64,000 nucleotides of DNA from an uncultured Pseudomonadota bacterium (GTDB lineage: Bacteria > Pseudomonadota > Alphaproteobacteria > JACZXZ01). The stretch lies in NCBI GenBank assembly GCA_963749075.1, contig CAVVLJ010000016.1, positions 352,001 to 416,000 on the forward strand, in the 5' to 3' direction. How positions within the stretch are numbered: the first letter of the stretch is position 1; each line of letters opens with the position of its first letter. The notes under the pieces were generated by a model that was not told the DNA's origin, did not search any database, and saw nothing but the letters and a program-made list of their open reading frames with translations. Of this stretch, positions 37,552 through 47,272 are shown piece by piece. A program made the translations under genes and the position numbers.

Positions 37552-38718
37552 TCAGAGCTTGTGGAGCGTACCGCCCTGCCAGCCGTAGATGTCGTAATGC
37601 AGCTCCTTGGGATCGCCCTTGGCATCGAAGCTGATTTTGCCGATCGCAGTGCTGTAGTCGCCCTCGCGCAAGGCCTTGGCCACGGCGGCGGCGTCGACCG
37701 AGCCGGCACGCCCGGCGGCCTTGGCGTAGAGCTCGACCGCTGCGTAGGCGTAGAGCGTGTAGCCCTTGGCGTCGACGCCGTAGCGCGCCAGTCCGGCGAC
37801 CGGATTGGGCGCGTTGCGCGATTGCTCGGTGCTGGTGTTGGCGCCCGTCTCGCTCATGTCCGGGAGCGAGGTCATGAAGGTGCCGTCCGCCGCCGCCCCG
37901 GCAGTCTTGGCGAAGTCGCCAGCAAGCAGCGTATCGCCGCCGCCGAACGCCGCATCGAGCCCCTGCGCGCGCGCCGCGACGAGGAAGTTGGCGGCCCTCT
38001 CCGCGTAGCCGCCGAAGACGATGACGCCGATGCCGTTGGCCTTGAGGCGCGAGGCGAGGGCCGCCGGGTCGTCGGCACTGCCGAGGGTCGTATCCTCGCG
38101 CGCCGCAGGGGCGCCCGCGTCGGCGAGCGCCTTCCGCGTCGAGGCGACGACGGTCGTGCCATAGGGGGTTCCGTCGCTCACCAGCGCCACGGCCGCATTG
38201 GGATAATGCGCGAGGATGTATTTGACGAGCGCCGGGCCCTGCATGTCGTCGCGCGGCACGGTGCGGAAGATGTTGGTATTGCCGCGCGCCGCCGCCTCGT
38301 CCGTGAGCGCCCCGCTGGTCGAGGACGGCGTGATCATCACGATGTCCGCGGCACCGTAGACGGGCGCCGCGGCGATCGAGGAGGGCGAGCAGAAGTGCCC
38401 GACCACGAGGGCGAAGTGCTCGGCGACCAGTCCGGCCGCGATGCCGGCGGCGCGCTTCGCATCGCACTGATCGTCGACCGTGCGCAGCTTGAGCACGTGA
38501 CCGTCGACGCCGTTCGCCGAATTCACGTCCTCGATGGCCTGCTGCACGCCGGCGCGCATCTGCCCGCCGAGCGCGCTATAGGGGCCGTGCATGGGGCCGA
38601 CCACGGCTATGTCGAGCGGCGGGGCGGTATCGACGTTGAAGATCGACGTGACCTCGCTGCAGGCGGCAAGCATGGCAAACGGCAAGAGCCAGGGGAGGAG
38701 TCTCGAGATCGGTGGCAT
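37552..38718 (-). CDS. Branched-chain amino acid ABC substrate-binding lipoprotein (LivJ/LivK family)
   Basis: Lipobox LAAC, DDQCDAK, VVGHFCS, FRTVPRDDMQG, IGKISFDAKGD. Confidence 0.9.
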   Translation of the reverse strand: MPPISRLLPWLLPFAMLAACSEVTSIFNVDTAPPLDIAVVGPMHGPYSALGGQMRAGVQQAIEDVNSANGVDGHVLKLRTVDDQCDAKRAAGIAAGLVAEHFALVVGHFCSPSSIAAAPVYGAADIVMITPSSTSGALTDEAAARGNTNIFRTVPRDDMQGPALVKYILAHYPNAAVALVSDGTPYGTTVVASTRKALADAGAPAAREDTTLGSADDPAALASRLKANGIGVIVFGGYAERAANFLVAARAQGLDAAFGGGDTLLAGDFAKTAGAAADGTFMTSLPDMSETGANTSTEQSRNAPNPVAGLARYGVDAKGYTLYAYAAVELYAKAAGRAGSVDAAAVAKALREGDYSTAIGKISFDAKGDPKELHYDIYGWQGGTLHKL

Positions 38719-38796
38719 CGCATCCTGCTCACGTTGCGGGTTCGGCGCGGGCGGCCGGGGGAAGATCGGGGGAAGGCCGCCATCGCCGACGGAACA

Positions 38797-39615
38797 CTAG
38801 CATGGCGGCACGCCTGCGGCACGCGGCGCTTTCGCCGTCCCGGCCGCCTGAAGGTCCGCGGTGCGGTAGTGGTAGCCGTAGACCCGGCTAAAGCCCGCCT
38901 TGCGATAGAGCTCCAGGGCCGGCACGTTGCCCGCTTCGACCATGAGGGCGAGCCGCCCGGCCCCTTCCTGGCGCGCCCAGCCCCGAACGGCCGTCATGAC
39001 GGCGTTGGCCAGGCCGCGGCGGCGGAAGTCCGGCAGCGTGCGTACGGCGGCGATCTGCACCCAAGGTCCGCTCAAGACCGCAAGCGCGACGCTCGCGACC
39101 TTCCCCCCTGAGATCGCCGCGGCGAAGACGTGAGGATCCGCGATGCGCGCGAAGAGGCCGCGCACGGCGCGCCGCTCGGCCTCGCTTGCGAGGCCCTCCT
39201 CATAGCAGGCGAGCCACGCGGCGTCGGGTGCCTCGAGCAGCACTGTCTCGGCCGCCGTGCTGAGAGGCGTCTCGCCTTGAGCCGCGGAGAAGGGGGCCAC
39301 GAGGACGTGGCTCGCGCCCTCGCTGCGGTAGCCTTCGGCCGCCAGCGCCGCGTCGAGCCCTGCGGGCCGCACGGCGTCGGCGATCCTGAAGCAGGGCCGC
39401 AAGCCCGCCTCTCGGTAGAGTGCTGCCGCCTCCGCGATCGCCGCCGCGAGCTCGACGCCGCCGTCCCAGGCCAGCGCCCAGACGCTGTTCGGCCGACGCG
39501 TGACGCCGCGGTCGAGCCCGCAGCGCCAGCCGTGGAGCTCGACGACGCGCGCCGCTGGCCAGCCGCGCATGAGGTGCGGCTCGAGCGCGAGGATGTCGGA
39601 GGCGGCGAAGCGCAC
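38797..39615 (-). CDS. GNAT family N-acetyltransferase
   Basis: GVTRRPNSV, VRTLPDFRRRGLA, VEAGNVPALELYRKAGF..YGYHYR. Confidence 0.88.
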   Translation of the reverse strand: MRFAASDILALEPHLMRGWPAARVVELHGWRCGLDRGVTRRPNSVWALAWDGGVELAAAIAEAAALYREAGLRPCFRIADAVRPAGLDAALAAEGYRSEGASHVLVAPFSAAQGETPLSTAAETVLLEAPDAAWLACYEEGLASEAERRAVRGLFARIADPHVFAAAISGGKVASVALAVLSGPWVQIAAVRTLPDFRRRGLANAVMTAVRGWARQEGAGRLALMVEAGNVPALELYRKAGFSRVYGYHYRTADLQAAGTAKAPRAAGVPPC

Positions 39616-39636
39616 GGGTGTCTCCCTCAGGGCGTA

Positions 39637-40272
39637 TTAGGGCACGACGCCCTTGTAGTGGGCGCTATGGTCGCCGGCGAAGTTATCCATGCCGTCTTTG
39701 GTGAGGAGCGTGCGCGCGCCGTCCGCCGTGTGGGTGATGGCGCGCTCGGACGGCCCCTCGTACCAGCGGATGTTGAAGGCTGAGAGCCAGGGATAGAAGG
39801 CGGCCTCGGCATAATGCTCGATATGGTCGCGGATCCACCAGGCGAGCGGGCGCCAGTCGCCGCTCTTCTCGTAGTGATCGAGATAGCCCGGGACGACCAG
39901 CGACACGGTGGCGCCGAGGTGGCCGGCCGCATCGCGCCGGTCCCAGATGTGGCGCGCGCGGTTGAACTCGTTCTCGCCGCAGAAATAGGCGAGGTCGCCC
40001 GCCTTGAGCCGCTCGTTGCAGAAGCCGTTGACCGAGGGCGAGCGGTAGGCGCTGCGGATGGCGATGTGGCCGAGGCCGCGGCGCATGGGCTCGAGCACGA
40101 GCCGGCAGAGCTTCTCGCCGGCGGCGATGGCGAGGTCCGGGTCGTCGGGCATGTTGGGCATGCCGTGGAAATTGGCGACCTCGCTATAGAGCATCTCGCG
40201 CATGAAGAAGTTCTCGGAGAGGCGCACGCGCCCGAGCTCGGTGAGCGCTGCTACGGACTCGGGCTTTCTCAT
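39637..40272 (-). CDS. Peptidase M15A-like conserved protein
   Basis: LGRVRLSENFFMREMLYSE, VLEPMR, IRSAYRSPSVN, HIWD. Confidence 0.75.
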   Translation of the reverse strand: MRKPESVAALTELGRVRLSENFFMREMLYSEVANFHGMPNMPDDPDLAIAAGEKLCRLVLEPMRRGLGHIAIRSAYRSPSVNGFCNERLKAGDLAYFCGENEFNRARHIWDRRDAAGHLGATVSLVVPGYLDHYEKSGDWRPLAWWIRDHIEHYAEAAFYPWLSAFNIRWYEGPSERAITHTADGARTLLTKDGMDNFAGDHSAHYKGVVP

Positions 40273-40336
40273 GGCGCAATCCCCCTACTGCTTCGTCGCA
40301 GTCTAATGCACCGATTTCGACGCTCCATCCCCACTT

Positions 40337-40415
40337 CGTCATGCCCGCGAAAGCGGGCATCCAGAGCCAAAGCCGCTGGATTCCGGCTCTCCGCTTCGCT
40401 CCGGCCGGAATGACG
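40337..40415. repeat. REP-like double hairpin (same family as 293-603 and 8593-8929), uninterrupted
   Basis: cgtcatgcccgcgaaagcgggcatccag ... ctggattccggc...gccggaatgacg. Confidence 0.8.
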
Positions 40416-40600
40416 AGGCCGCGACGGGATCCAAGCATGAAGAACGCGACACCAGCCGCGCCCGGCACGCGAGCCCATGGACATTTGGGCGGCGGGCTCA
40501 TAACCTCGCGGCCGATCGGAGCCGCAACGCCGCAACCATGGGCGCCGCCCGCGGAGCCTCGCTCCCGCGGCAAGGTGCTGCAGATTGGGAGGCCTTCGTC

Positions 40601-41401
40601 ATGGGAAACACGCTTCGCCGCTTCGCCGCCTCGGCCCCGCTTGCGGGACTGACGCTTGCAACCCTCCTCCTTGCCGGCGCGCTGCAGCCGGCGGGAGCCG
40701 GCATCCTCGACGATCTGAAGTCCGGCGGCAAGACGCTCCGCGTCGGCACCGACGCCACCTTCCCGCCCTTCGAGCAGACCTCGACCAGCGGCGAGAAGTC
40801 GGGCTTCGATATCGACCTGGTGAACGCGCTTGCCGCCAAGATCGGCATCAAGAAGCTCGAGTTCCAGCAGGTCCCCTTCGGCCAGCTTGTGCCCGGCCTG
40901 CAGGCGGACCACATCGACCTCGCGGCCTCGGCCATCTACATCACCGACGAGCGCAAGAAGGTGGTGGACTTCTCCGATCCCTACTTCACGGGCGGGCTCA
41001 GCGTCATGCTCAAGCCCGGCGAGACGGGCATCACGAAGCCCGAGGACCTCGAGGGCAAGCGCATCTCGGTGCAGGTCGGCACCAAGTCGGTCGACTATCT
41101 CAAAGAGCGTTTCCCCAAGGCCGAGCTCGTCATCGCCCAGACCAACGACCAGATGTTCCAGGCGCTGCCGAGCGGGCGGGCGGACGTGGTGGTCACCGGC
41201 TACCCCGCCGCGCGCTACTACATCAAGACGCACGGCGGGGCGAAGCTCGCCGATTTCCTCCTCACCCACGAGATGTACGGCTACGCCGTGCGCAAGGAGG
41301 ACAAGGACCTGCTCGCGGCGATCAACGGGGCGCTCGCCGCCCTCGAGAAGGACGGCACCGTGAAGCGCCTGCAGGAGAAGTGGTTCGGCACCGGCACGTA
41401 A
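40601..41401 (+). CDS. Polar amino acid ABC substrate-binding protein (GlnH family)
   Basis: LRVGTDATFPPFE, GFDIDL, ITDERKKVVDFSDPY, C-terminal KWFG. Confidence 0.92.
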   Translation: MGNTLRRFAASAPLAGLTLATLLLAGALQPAGAGILDDLKSGGKTLRVGTDATFPPFEQTSTSGEKSGFDIDLVNALAAKIGIKKLEFQQVPFGQLVPGLQADHIDLAASAIYITDERKKVVDFSDPYFTGGLSVMLKPGETGITKPEDLEGKRISVQVGTKSVDYLKERFPKAELVIAQTNDQMFQALPSGRADVVVTGYPAARYYIKTHGGAKLADFLLTHEMYGYAVRKEDKDLLAAINGALAALEKDGTVKRLQEKWFGTGT

Positions 41402-41417
41402 GTGCTGAGGGGCCGCC

Positions 41418-42077
41418 ATGACGGCGCTCGGGCTCGAGACGGTTATCCGCTCGCTGCCCTTCCTCCTCGCCGGTGCCGTCAAGACCATCGAGGTCGTGGT
41501 GCTGGCGCTCGCCTTAGGCGTGGTCTGCGGCCTCGTGGGCGGCTTCGCCAAGCTCTCGCGCCGGCGGCTCCTGCGCGGCATGGCGGCCGCCTACGTCTCG
41601 GTCATCCGCGGCACGCCCTTCGTGGTGCAGCTCTTCTTCGTCTATTACGCCTTTCCCCAGGTGGGCATCGAGGTGCCGGCGATGGTGGCCGCCGTCGGCA
41701 CGCTCGCCTTCTACTCGGGCTCCTACCAGACCGAGATCGTGCGCGGCGCCGTGCAGTCGATCCACAAGGGCCAGATCGAGGCGGCGCGGGCGCTCGGGCT
41801 CTCCCCGCGCCAGGCGCTGCGCTACGTCGTCTTCCCGCAGGCGCTCCTGCGCATGTTGCCGCCGCTCGGCAACGAATTCGTGGCGCTCACCAAGAACTCG
41901 GCCCTCGTCTCGCTCGTCACCGTGCAGGAGCTCTTCCTCTCGGCCCAGATGGTGATCAGCTCGACCTTCCAGAATTTCGCCATCTTCCTAACCATCGGCA
42001 TCATGTATTACGCGATGACGAGTGCCGTGGGCGGCTTGACGCAGCTCCTCGAGCGCCGGCTCAGGGTCTATGGCTGA
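41418..42077 (+). CDS. Polar amino acid ABC permease
   Basis: IRGTPFVVQL, EIVRGAVQSIHKGQIEAARALG (EAA loop), LTKNSAL. Confidence 0.93.
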   Translation: MTALGLETVIRSLPFLLAGAVKTIEVVVLALALGVVCGLVGGFAKLSRRRLLRGMAAAYVSVIRGTPFVVQLFFVYYAFPQVGIEVPAMVAAVGTLAFYSGSYQTEIVRGAVQSIHKGQIEAARALGLSPRQALRYVVFPQALLRMLPPLGNEFVALTKNSALVSLVTVQELFLSAQMVISSTFQNFAIFLTIGIMYYAMTSAVGGLTQLLERRLRVYG

Positions 42078-42177
42078 ACGGGTGGCGCCAGAGGGGTGCT
42101 GGCGCTAGATTGAGCCGCGATCGAATGCGGCCGCGGAAGGCCGCCGGCCCGGCGGCGAGCGGGAGGAAGCACGAGCC

Positions 42178-43326
42178 GTGGCACTCAAGGATCTCATCGT
42201 CGAGGCGCTTCGGACCAAGGGAACGAGCGTGCTCTCGCGCAGGGCCCGTGCGGCGCATGCGGCGGCACTTGCGCTCGGCATCGCTGCGATGGTCTGCGGC
42301 ACCATGCCCGAGGCGGAGGCCCAAGCGGGCTGGGCGATCGCGGCGGCGACCTGGCTCGTGCTCGGGCTCTTCGCCGTCGAGTACGGCTTGCGCCTCATCT
42401 ACGCGCCGGCGCTGAGCGCTGCGTCCGACGTGCTCTCCGCGCGCGAGATGAGGCGGCGTTGGGCCGCCTCCTATGCCGGCGTCGTCGATCTCCTCGCCTG
42501 GCTGCCGATCCTCGTGGCCCTGCTCGCCATGCGCGACCAGGCGACGGCGCGGCTCTTCGGCGTGCTGTGGCTGCTCAAGTTCGGCCGCCACGTGCCGCGG
42601 TTAGGCGTACTCGGCCGCGTGCTGCGCCACGCGCGCGAGCCGGTGCTCGCCGTCTTCGCCGCCTTCATCGGCGTCCTCCTGGTCGCGGCCACGCTCGCCT
42701 ATCTCCTCGAAGGGGCGGCGCAGCCCGATACCTTCGGCAGCATCCCGCGGGCACTTTGGTGGGCGATCACCACGCTGACCACGACCGGCTATGGCGACGC
42801 CGTTCCGGTGACCCCGCTCGGCCGCGTGCTGGCCGGCGCGGTGATGGTGTGCGGCATCCTGGTCTTCGCCCTCTGGGCCGGCATCCTCGCGACCGAGTTC
42901 GCGGAGGAGATGCGCCGGCACGACTTCCTCAAGACCTGGGACCTGGTCGCCAAGGTGCCGTACTTCGAGAAGCTCGGGCCCGACACCATCGCCGAGGTCG
43001 TGCGCCTCCTGAAGCCGAGAGTGCTGGCGCCGGGTGCCGTGGTGATGCGGCGGGGAGCGCCCGGAGACTGCATGTATTTCATCGTGGACGGCGAAGTCGA
43101 GATCCAGATCAAGCCCAAGCCCATCGTGCTCGAGTCCGGCAGCTTCTTCGGCGAGATCGCCCTCATCACCGGCGGCCCGCGCACGGCGACCGCGGTGGCG
43201 CTGGGCGAGACGGTGCTGCTCTCCCTCGATATCGCCCACTTCCGCCAGCTTGCCGCGACGCGGCCCGAGCTCATGGCCGCGATCGACGTGGAGGCGAAGC
43301 GCCGGGTGGCCGAGGGTCCGGGCTAG
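42178..43326 (+). CDS. Cyclic-nucleotide-gated potassium channel (MloK1-like, 6TM plus CNBD)
   Basis: FGSIPRALWWAITTLTTTGYGD selectivity filter; FFGEIALITGGPRTAT phosphate-binding cassette. Confidence 0.93.
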   Translation: MALKDLIVEALRTKGTSVLSRRARAAHAAALALGIAAMVCGTMPEAEAQAGWAIAAATWLVLGLFAVEYGLRLIYAPALSAASDVLSAREMRRRWAASYAGVVDLLAWLPILVALLAMRDQATARLFGVLWLLKFGRHVPRLGVLGRVLRHAREPVLAVFAAFIGVLLVAATLAYLLEGAAQPDTFGSIPRALWWAITTLTTTGYGDAVPVTPLGRVLAGAVMVCGILVFALWAGILATEFAEEMRRHDFLKTWDLVAKVPYFEKLGPDTIAEVVRLLKPRVLAPGAVVMRRGAPGDCMYFIVDGEVEIQIKPKPIVLESGSFFGEIALITGGPRTATAVALGETVLLSLDIAHFRQLAATRPELMAAIDVEAKRRVAEGPG

Positions 43327-43345
43327 GGCGCCCGCGCCGGCCCGC

Positions 43346-44218
43346 TCACGCCGCGGGACGGAGCTCGGCGAGCCCGTCCGCGTCGGTGGCGGAGATCGTC
43401 GTGCGCACCATGGAGCGCGCGGCACCCTCCGGCCACGGGCGCCCGCGGTGCATGGTGGCGCGGTTGTCCCACATCGCCACGTCCCCCGGCCGCCAGCGGT
43501 GGAGATAGGTGAGCTCCGGCCGCGTCGCCTCCTCGATCAGCCTGGCGAGGAGCGCCTTGCCCTCGTTGTCGCCCATGCCCTCGACCGCGAAGGCGTGGGA
43601 GGCGATGTAGAGGGCGCGGCGGCCATTGACCGGGTTGCGCCAGGTCATGTGCCAGCGCACCGGCGGAAGTGCTGCGCGCTCGGCGGGCGTCATGAGCTCT
43701 GGGTCGATCTGGTCGCGCGAGCTCGCGTAGCTGTGGCGCACCACCATATCGCGCAGCCTCGCCTGCATGGCGCCCGGCAGGCGCTCCCAGGCGAGCCGCG
43801 TCGAGGTGAACTGCGTCTCGCCGCCGCTCTCGGGCAAGAGGCGCGCCGAGAGCACCGATGCCAAAGCGGGAGTGCGCTTGAACGAGCTGTCGGTGTGCCA
43901 GAGCCGGTTGGCGCGCGAGTTGAGGGCCTGGCGGTGGCCCGGCGGAACGGCGGCGCCCTCGGGTCCGATGTTGGTGACGCGGGCATAGAGCGTGCCCGCC
44001 CCGGCCGTGCCGAGCTTGGTGATCTCGAGCGGACCGAAGGCCCGGGAATAGGCGACCTGCAAATCGTCGCCGACGCTGTGGTCGCGAAAGAGGAGGAGCG
44101 AGTGCTCCTCGAGCGCAGCGCGCACCGCCCGATAGGCCTCGGCGCTGCTCGCCACGTCGATGAGGCTTGTGCCGCGAACCTCGACGCCGAAGCCGGGGCC
44201 GAGCGGTATGAGTTCCAT
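43346..44218 (-). CDS. TauD/TfdA family Fe(II)/2-oxoglutarate dioxygenase
   Basis: WHTDSSF (HxD), GGETQF, HRWRPGDVAMWDNRATMHR. Confidence 0.92.
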   Translation of the reverse strand: MELIPLGPGFGVEVRGTSLIDVASSAEAYRAVRAALEEHSLLLFRDHSVGDDLQVAYSRAFGPLEITKLGTAGAGTLYARVTNIGPEGAAVPPGHRQALNSRANRLWHTDSSFKRTPALASVLSARLLPESGGETQFTSTRLAWERLPGAMQARLRDMVVRHSYASSRDQIDPELMTPAERAALPPVRWHMTWRNPVNGRRALYIASHAFAVEGMGDNEGKALLARLIEEATRPELTYLHRWRPGDVAMWDNRATMHRGRPWPEGAARSMVRTTISATDADGLAELRPAA

Positions 44219-44274
44219 GGCGCTTCCCCTTCCCGAGCCGGCGCCGGCTCTCGGCCGGTTCGGCGGGAGCAAGC

Positions 44275-44922
44275 CTAGCAGATTGGCGGGTCTCGGGCGA
44301 AGCCCGGATAGGCGCCGAACGCCCACCCGTCCTTGAGCAGCTCGAGGCAAGCGTCGACTGCCGCAGCGTCGTATCTTATCCCTTTGTTCGAGGCGATCTC
44401 GTCGATGCAGGCATCCTTGCCCAAGGCCGGGCGATACGGACGGTGGTGCGCCATCGAATCGACCACATCGGCGACCGCCAAAATCCGCGCCTCGAGCAAG
44501 ATCTCCTCTCCGCTCATCCCGCGAGGGTATCCGCTGCCGTCGAGGCGTTCATGGTGCTGCAGGACGATATCGCCCAATGGCCACGTCGTCTCCAGCGGCC
44601 GCAGGATGTCGCAGCCGACTTGCGAATGGGATTTGATCATCATCCATTCGGCCTCGTCGAGCCTGCCGGGCTTGATCAAAATCTCGGTCGGAATGCGGAT
44701 TTTGCCGATATCGTGCACCAGCCCGGCGAGGTACAGCGCGTCCAGCCTCTCCGGCGAGAGCCCGAGCCCGACGCCGATCGCCTTCGCCAAATCCGCGACT
44801 TTGGAGCTGTGCTGGCCGGTGTAGGGGTCCCTCGACTCCAACGCCAACTGCAGAGCCTTCACGGCTTGCGCATGTGCGACCATCACGCGAGAATGATACC
44901 ACAGCAAGGACTCTGCCGTCAT
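44275..44922 (-). CDS. Stand-alone HD-GYP cyclic-dinucleotide phosphodiesterase
   Basis: RDPYTGQHS, HDIGKI, HHERLDGSGYP, ILAVADV, HRPYR. Start uncertain. Confidence 0.9.
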   Translation of the reverse strand: MTAESLLWYHSRVMVAHAQAVKALQLALESRDPYTGQHSSKVADLAKAIGVGLGLSPERLDALYLAGLVHDIGKIRIPTEILIKPGRLDEAEWMMIKSHSQVGCDILRPLETTWPLGDIVLQHHERLDGSGYPRGMSGEEILLEARILAVADVVDSMAHHRPYRPALGKDACIDEIASNKGIRYDAAAVDACLELLKDGWAFGAYPGFARDPPIC

Positions 44923-44941
44923 TCACTCGATCGCCGTGGCC

Positions 44942-46480
44942 TCACGTCGTGGAGCTTTGCCGGTAGTAGGGGCGGTGGGCGGAGCCGTCGTAATAGCCGT
45001 CGTAGAAGGCCTTGACGTGGGGGAGGACGGCCTTGGCGATGCTTCGGCGCTCGAGCTCCTCGGCGCCGAGCGGGCGCTTGAGGAGAGCGGCGAGCTCGGC
45101 GAGCGCCGAGTCGCGGTCGACCCGCGTGAAGCGCCCGTCCCGGTAGATGATCTCGCCCGCCGCGATCACCGTGCTCACGCCCGCAACCTTGGCGCGCTGG
45201 ATCACCGCGTCGAGCGCGGGCGTCTCGGCATCGAGATAGGGCTGGCTGATCTGCCGCCAGTCGATCAGCACCATGTCCGCCGCCTTGCCCGGCTCGAGCG
45301 TGCCGAGCCGCGCGCCATAGGGCGTGGTGCGGGCGCCGCCCACGGTCGCCATGCGCAGCAACTGCGCCATCGTCGGCACAGCATCGTCCATGCCGGGCTC
45401 GCGGTGGGCGCGCAACACCATGCGCATCTCCTGCAGCATGTCGCGGTCGTCGTTGATGCCCGCCTCGTCGAGGCCGATCGCCACGTTGATGCCCATGGCC
45501 TCGAAGCGGTTGAGGGGGGCCACCCCGCTGCGCAGTCGGAAGTTGGAGCTGCAGTTGTGGCAGATGCTGGTGCCCGTCTCCGCCAGCCGCTCGAGATCGC
45601 GTTCCGAGAGCCAGACGCCGTGGCCGAGCGTCATGCGCGGGCCGAGCAGCCCGAAGCGGCCGATGTGATCGACCGCGCTGCCGCCGCCGCGCCGGCGCGC
45701 ATATTCCTTCTGATAAGCGGTCTCGACGAGGTGCATGTGGAGAGGTGCTCCGTACTTCTCCGAGCAGTCGGCGAGCAGGGCGAGTGCCGCGTCCGAGCAC
45801 CAGTGAAGATTTGCAGGCGCCAGCTGGATCTTGACGCGCTCCTTCTCCTGGTGCCTGGCGTGGAGATGGGCGAAGAGCTCGAGCGCCTCCTCGGCCGTGA
45901 GCGGGAACCGCGCGAAGTGCCGCGCAAGCGGTGCCCGCAGCTCCGCCGGCAGGCGCTCGAGGAAGCGCTCGTTCGCCTCGTAGACGAGGAGGTTCTGGTC
46001 GCGCAGTGCGAAGCAGTAGGAGACCCGCATGCCGACCGCCTCGTAGGCGCGGATCACCGCGTGCGCGCGCGCCTCCACCTCGGCGAGCCCGCCTGGCGCC
46101 CAGCCGTGGATGTGCTGCACCGTGGTGATGCCGGAGGCGATCATCTCGAAGGCGGAATAGAGCGTATCGAGATAGGGGTCGATATTGCGCGCCACGAGCC
46201 GGGTGGCGAACCACAGCTCGAGCGGCATGTCGGGCGAGCCGAGCTGGACGGGGGTGAGCCCGATGTGGTGGTGAGCGTTCACGAAGCCGGGCAGCACGAC
46301 CTCTTCGCCGTTGCCGATGACCGCCACATCGGGATGAGCCCGGCTGAGCTCCGCGAAGGAGCCGATTGCGGTGACGATGCCGTCCTCTTGCAGCACGGCG
46401 CCGTCGTCGAGCTGCTCCCAGCTCAGGCGGTCGAGCGCGCGCGTGATGACGTGCTTGCCGCGGATGATCGAGTTCGACAC
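44942..46480 (-). CDS. Metal-dependent amidohydrolase/deaminase (AtzA/TrzA/SsnA-like)
   Basis: PGFVNAHHH, HMHLVET, GHGVW, GLDEAGIND, GTLEPGKAAD. Confidence 0.88.
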   Translation of the reverse strand: MSNSIIRGKHVITRALDRLSWEQLDDGAVLQEDGIVTAIGSFAELSRAHPDVAVIGNGEEVVLPGFVNAHHHIGLTPVQLGSPDMPLELWFATRLVARNIDPYLDTLYSAFEMIASGITTVQHIHGWAPGGLAEVEARAHAVIRAYEAVGMRVSYCFALRDQNLLVYEANERFLERLPAELRAPLARHFARFPLTAEEALELFAHLHARHQEKERVKIQLAPANLHWCSDAALALLADCSEKYGAPLHMHLVETAYQKEYARRRGGGSAVDHIGRFGLLGPRMTLGHGVWLSERDLERLAETGTSICHNCSSNFRLRSGVAPLNRFEAMGINVAIGLDEAGINDDRDMLQEMRMVLRAHREPGMDDAVPTMAQLLRMATVGGARTTPYGARLGTLEPGKAADMVLIDWRQISQPYLDAETPALDAVIQRAKVAGVSTVIAAGEIIYRDGRFTRVDRDSALAELAALLKRPLGAEELERRSIAKAVLPHVKAFYDGYYDGSAHRPYYRQSSTT

Positions 46481-46516
46481 GGTCCCTCCCCGTTTGGCGG
46501 CCGGCGCCGGCTCGCC

Positions 46517-47272
46517 TCACGCCGATTTGGCCATCTCCGGCTCTTCCAGCTCGAGGCTGAGCGCCCTGAGCGCCGCGGTATGGGGATGCCGGGTGCGGCC
46601 GGCGCGCAGGTCGTCTGCCGAGAGAAGCTCGACCAGCTCGCCCTCCTGCATCACGCCGATCACGGTGCAAAGGTGCGCCACGACCGCGAGATTGTGGCTC
46701 ACCATGATATAGGTGAGGCCGTGCGCCTGCTGCAGATCGGCGAGCAGGTTCAAGACCTCGGCCTGAACCGAGACGTCGAGGGAGCTCGTGGGCTCGTCGA
46801 GCAGCAGCACCTCCGGCTCGGCCATCAGCGCGCGCGCGATGGCGACGCGCTGGCGCTGCCCGCCCGAGAGCTCATGCGGATAGCGGAAGCGCATGGCGGG
46901 AGAGAGCGCCACCTCGGCCAGCGCGCGGCGGATGCGCGCGTCCAGCTCGCCGATGCCGTGCACGAGCAAGGGCTCGGAGAGGATGCGGTCGACGGTCTGG
47001 CGCGGATGCAGCGAGCCGTAGGGGTCCTGGAACACCATCTGCACGCGGCGGTAGAAGTCCCTGCCGCGCACGGGCCCCTGCTCCTTCCCTGCTATGAGGA
47101 TGCCGCCGCTCCACTCGGGGTTGAGGCCGGAAAGCGCCCGCAGCACGGTCGACTTGCCCGAGCCGCTCTCGCCGACGATGCCGAAGCTCGAGCCGCGCTC
47201 GACCCGGAAGCTGATGCCCCTCACCGCAGCTACACTGCCGAAGCGGACGGAGAGGTCGTTCACCTCGATCAT
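46517..47272 (-). CDS. Dipeptide/oligopeptide ABC ATP-binding protein (DppF-like)
   Basis: GESGSGKST, VFQDPYGSLHP, YPHELSGGQRQR, LLDEPTS. Confidence 0.93.
   Translation of the reverse strand: MIEVNDLSVRFGSVAAVRGISFRVERGSSFGIVGESGSGKSTVLRALSGLNPEWSGGILIAGKEQGPVRGRDFYRRVQMVFQDPYGSLHPRQTVDRILSEPLLVHGIGELDARIRRALAEVALSPAMRFRYPHELSGGQRQRVAIARALMAEPEVLLLDEPTSSLDVSVQAEVLNLLADLQQAHGLTYIMVSHNLAVVAHLCTVIGVMQEGELVELLSADDLRAGRTRHPHTAALRALSLELEEPEMAKSA

Noticed and set aside
40601-42077. Amino acid ABC pair without an ATPase as a novel transporter type
   Set aside because: Binding protein plus permease pairs that share a distant ATPase are common.
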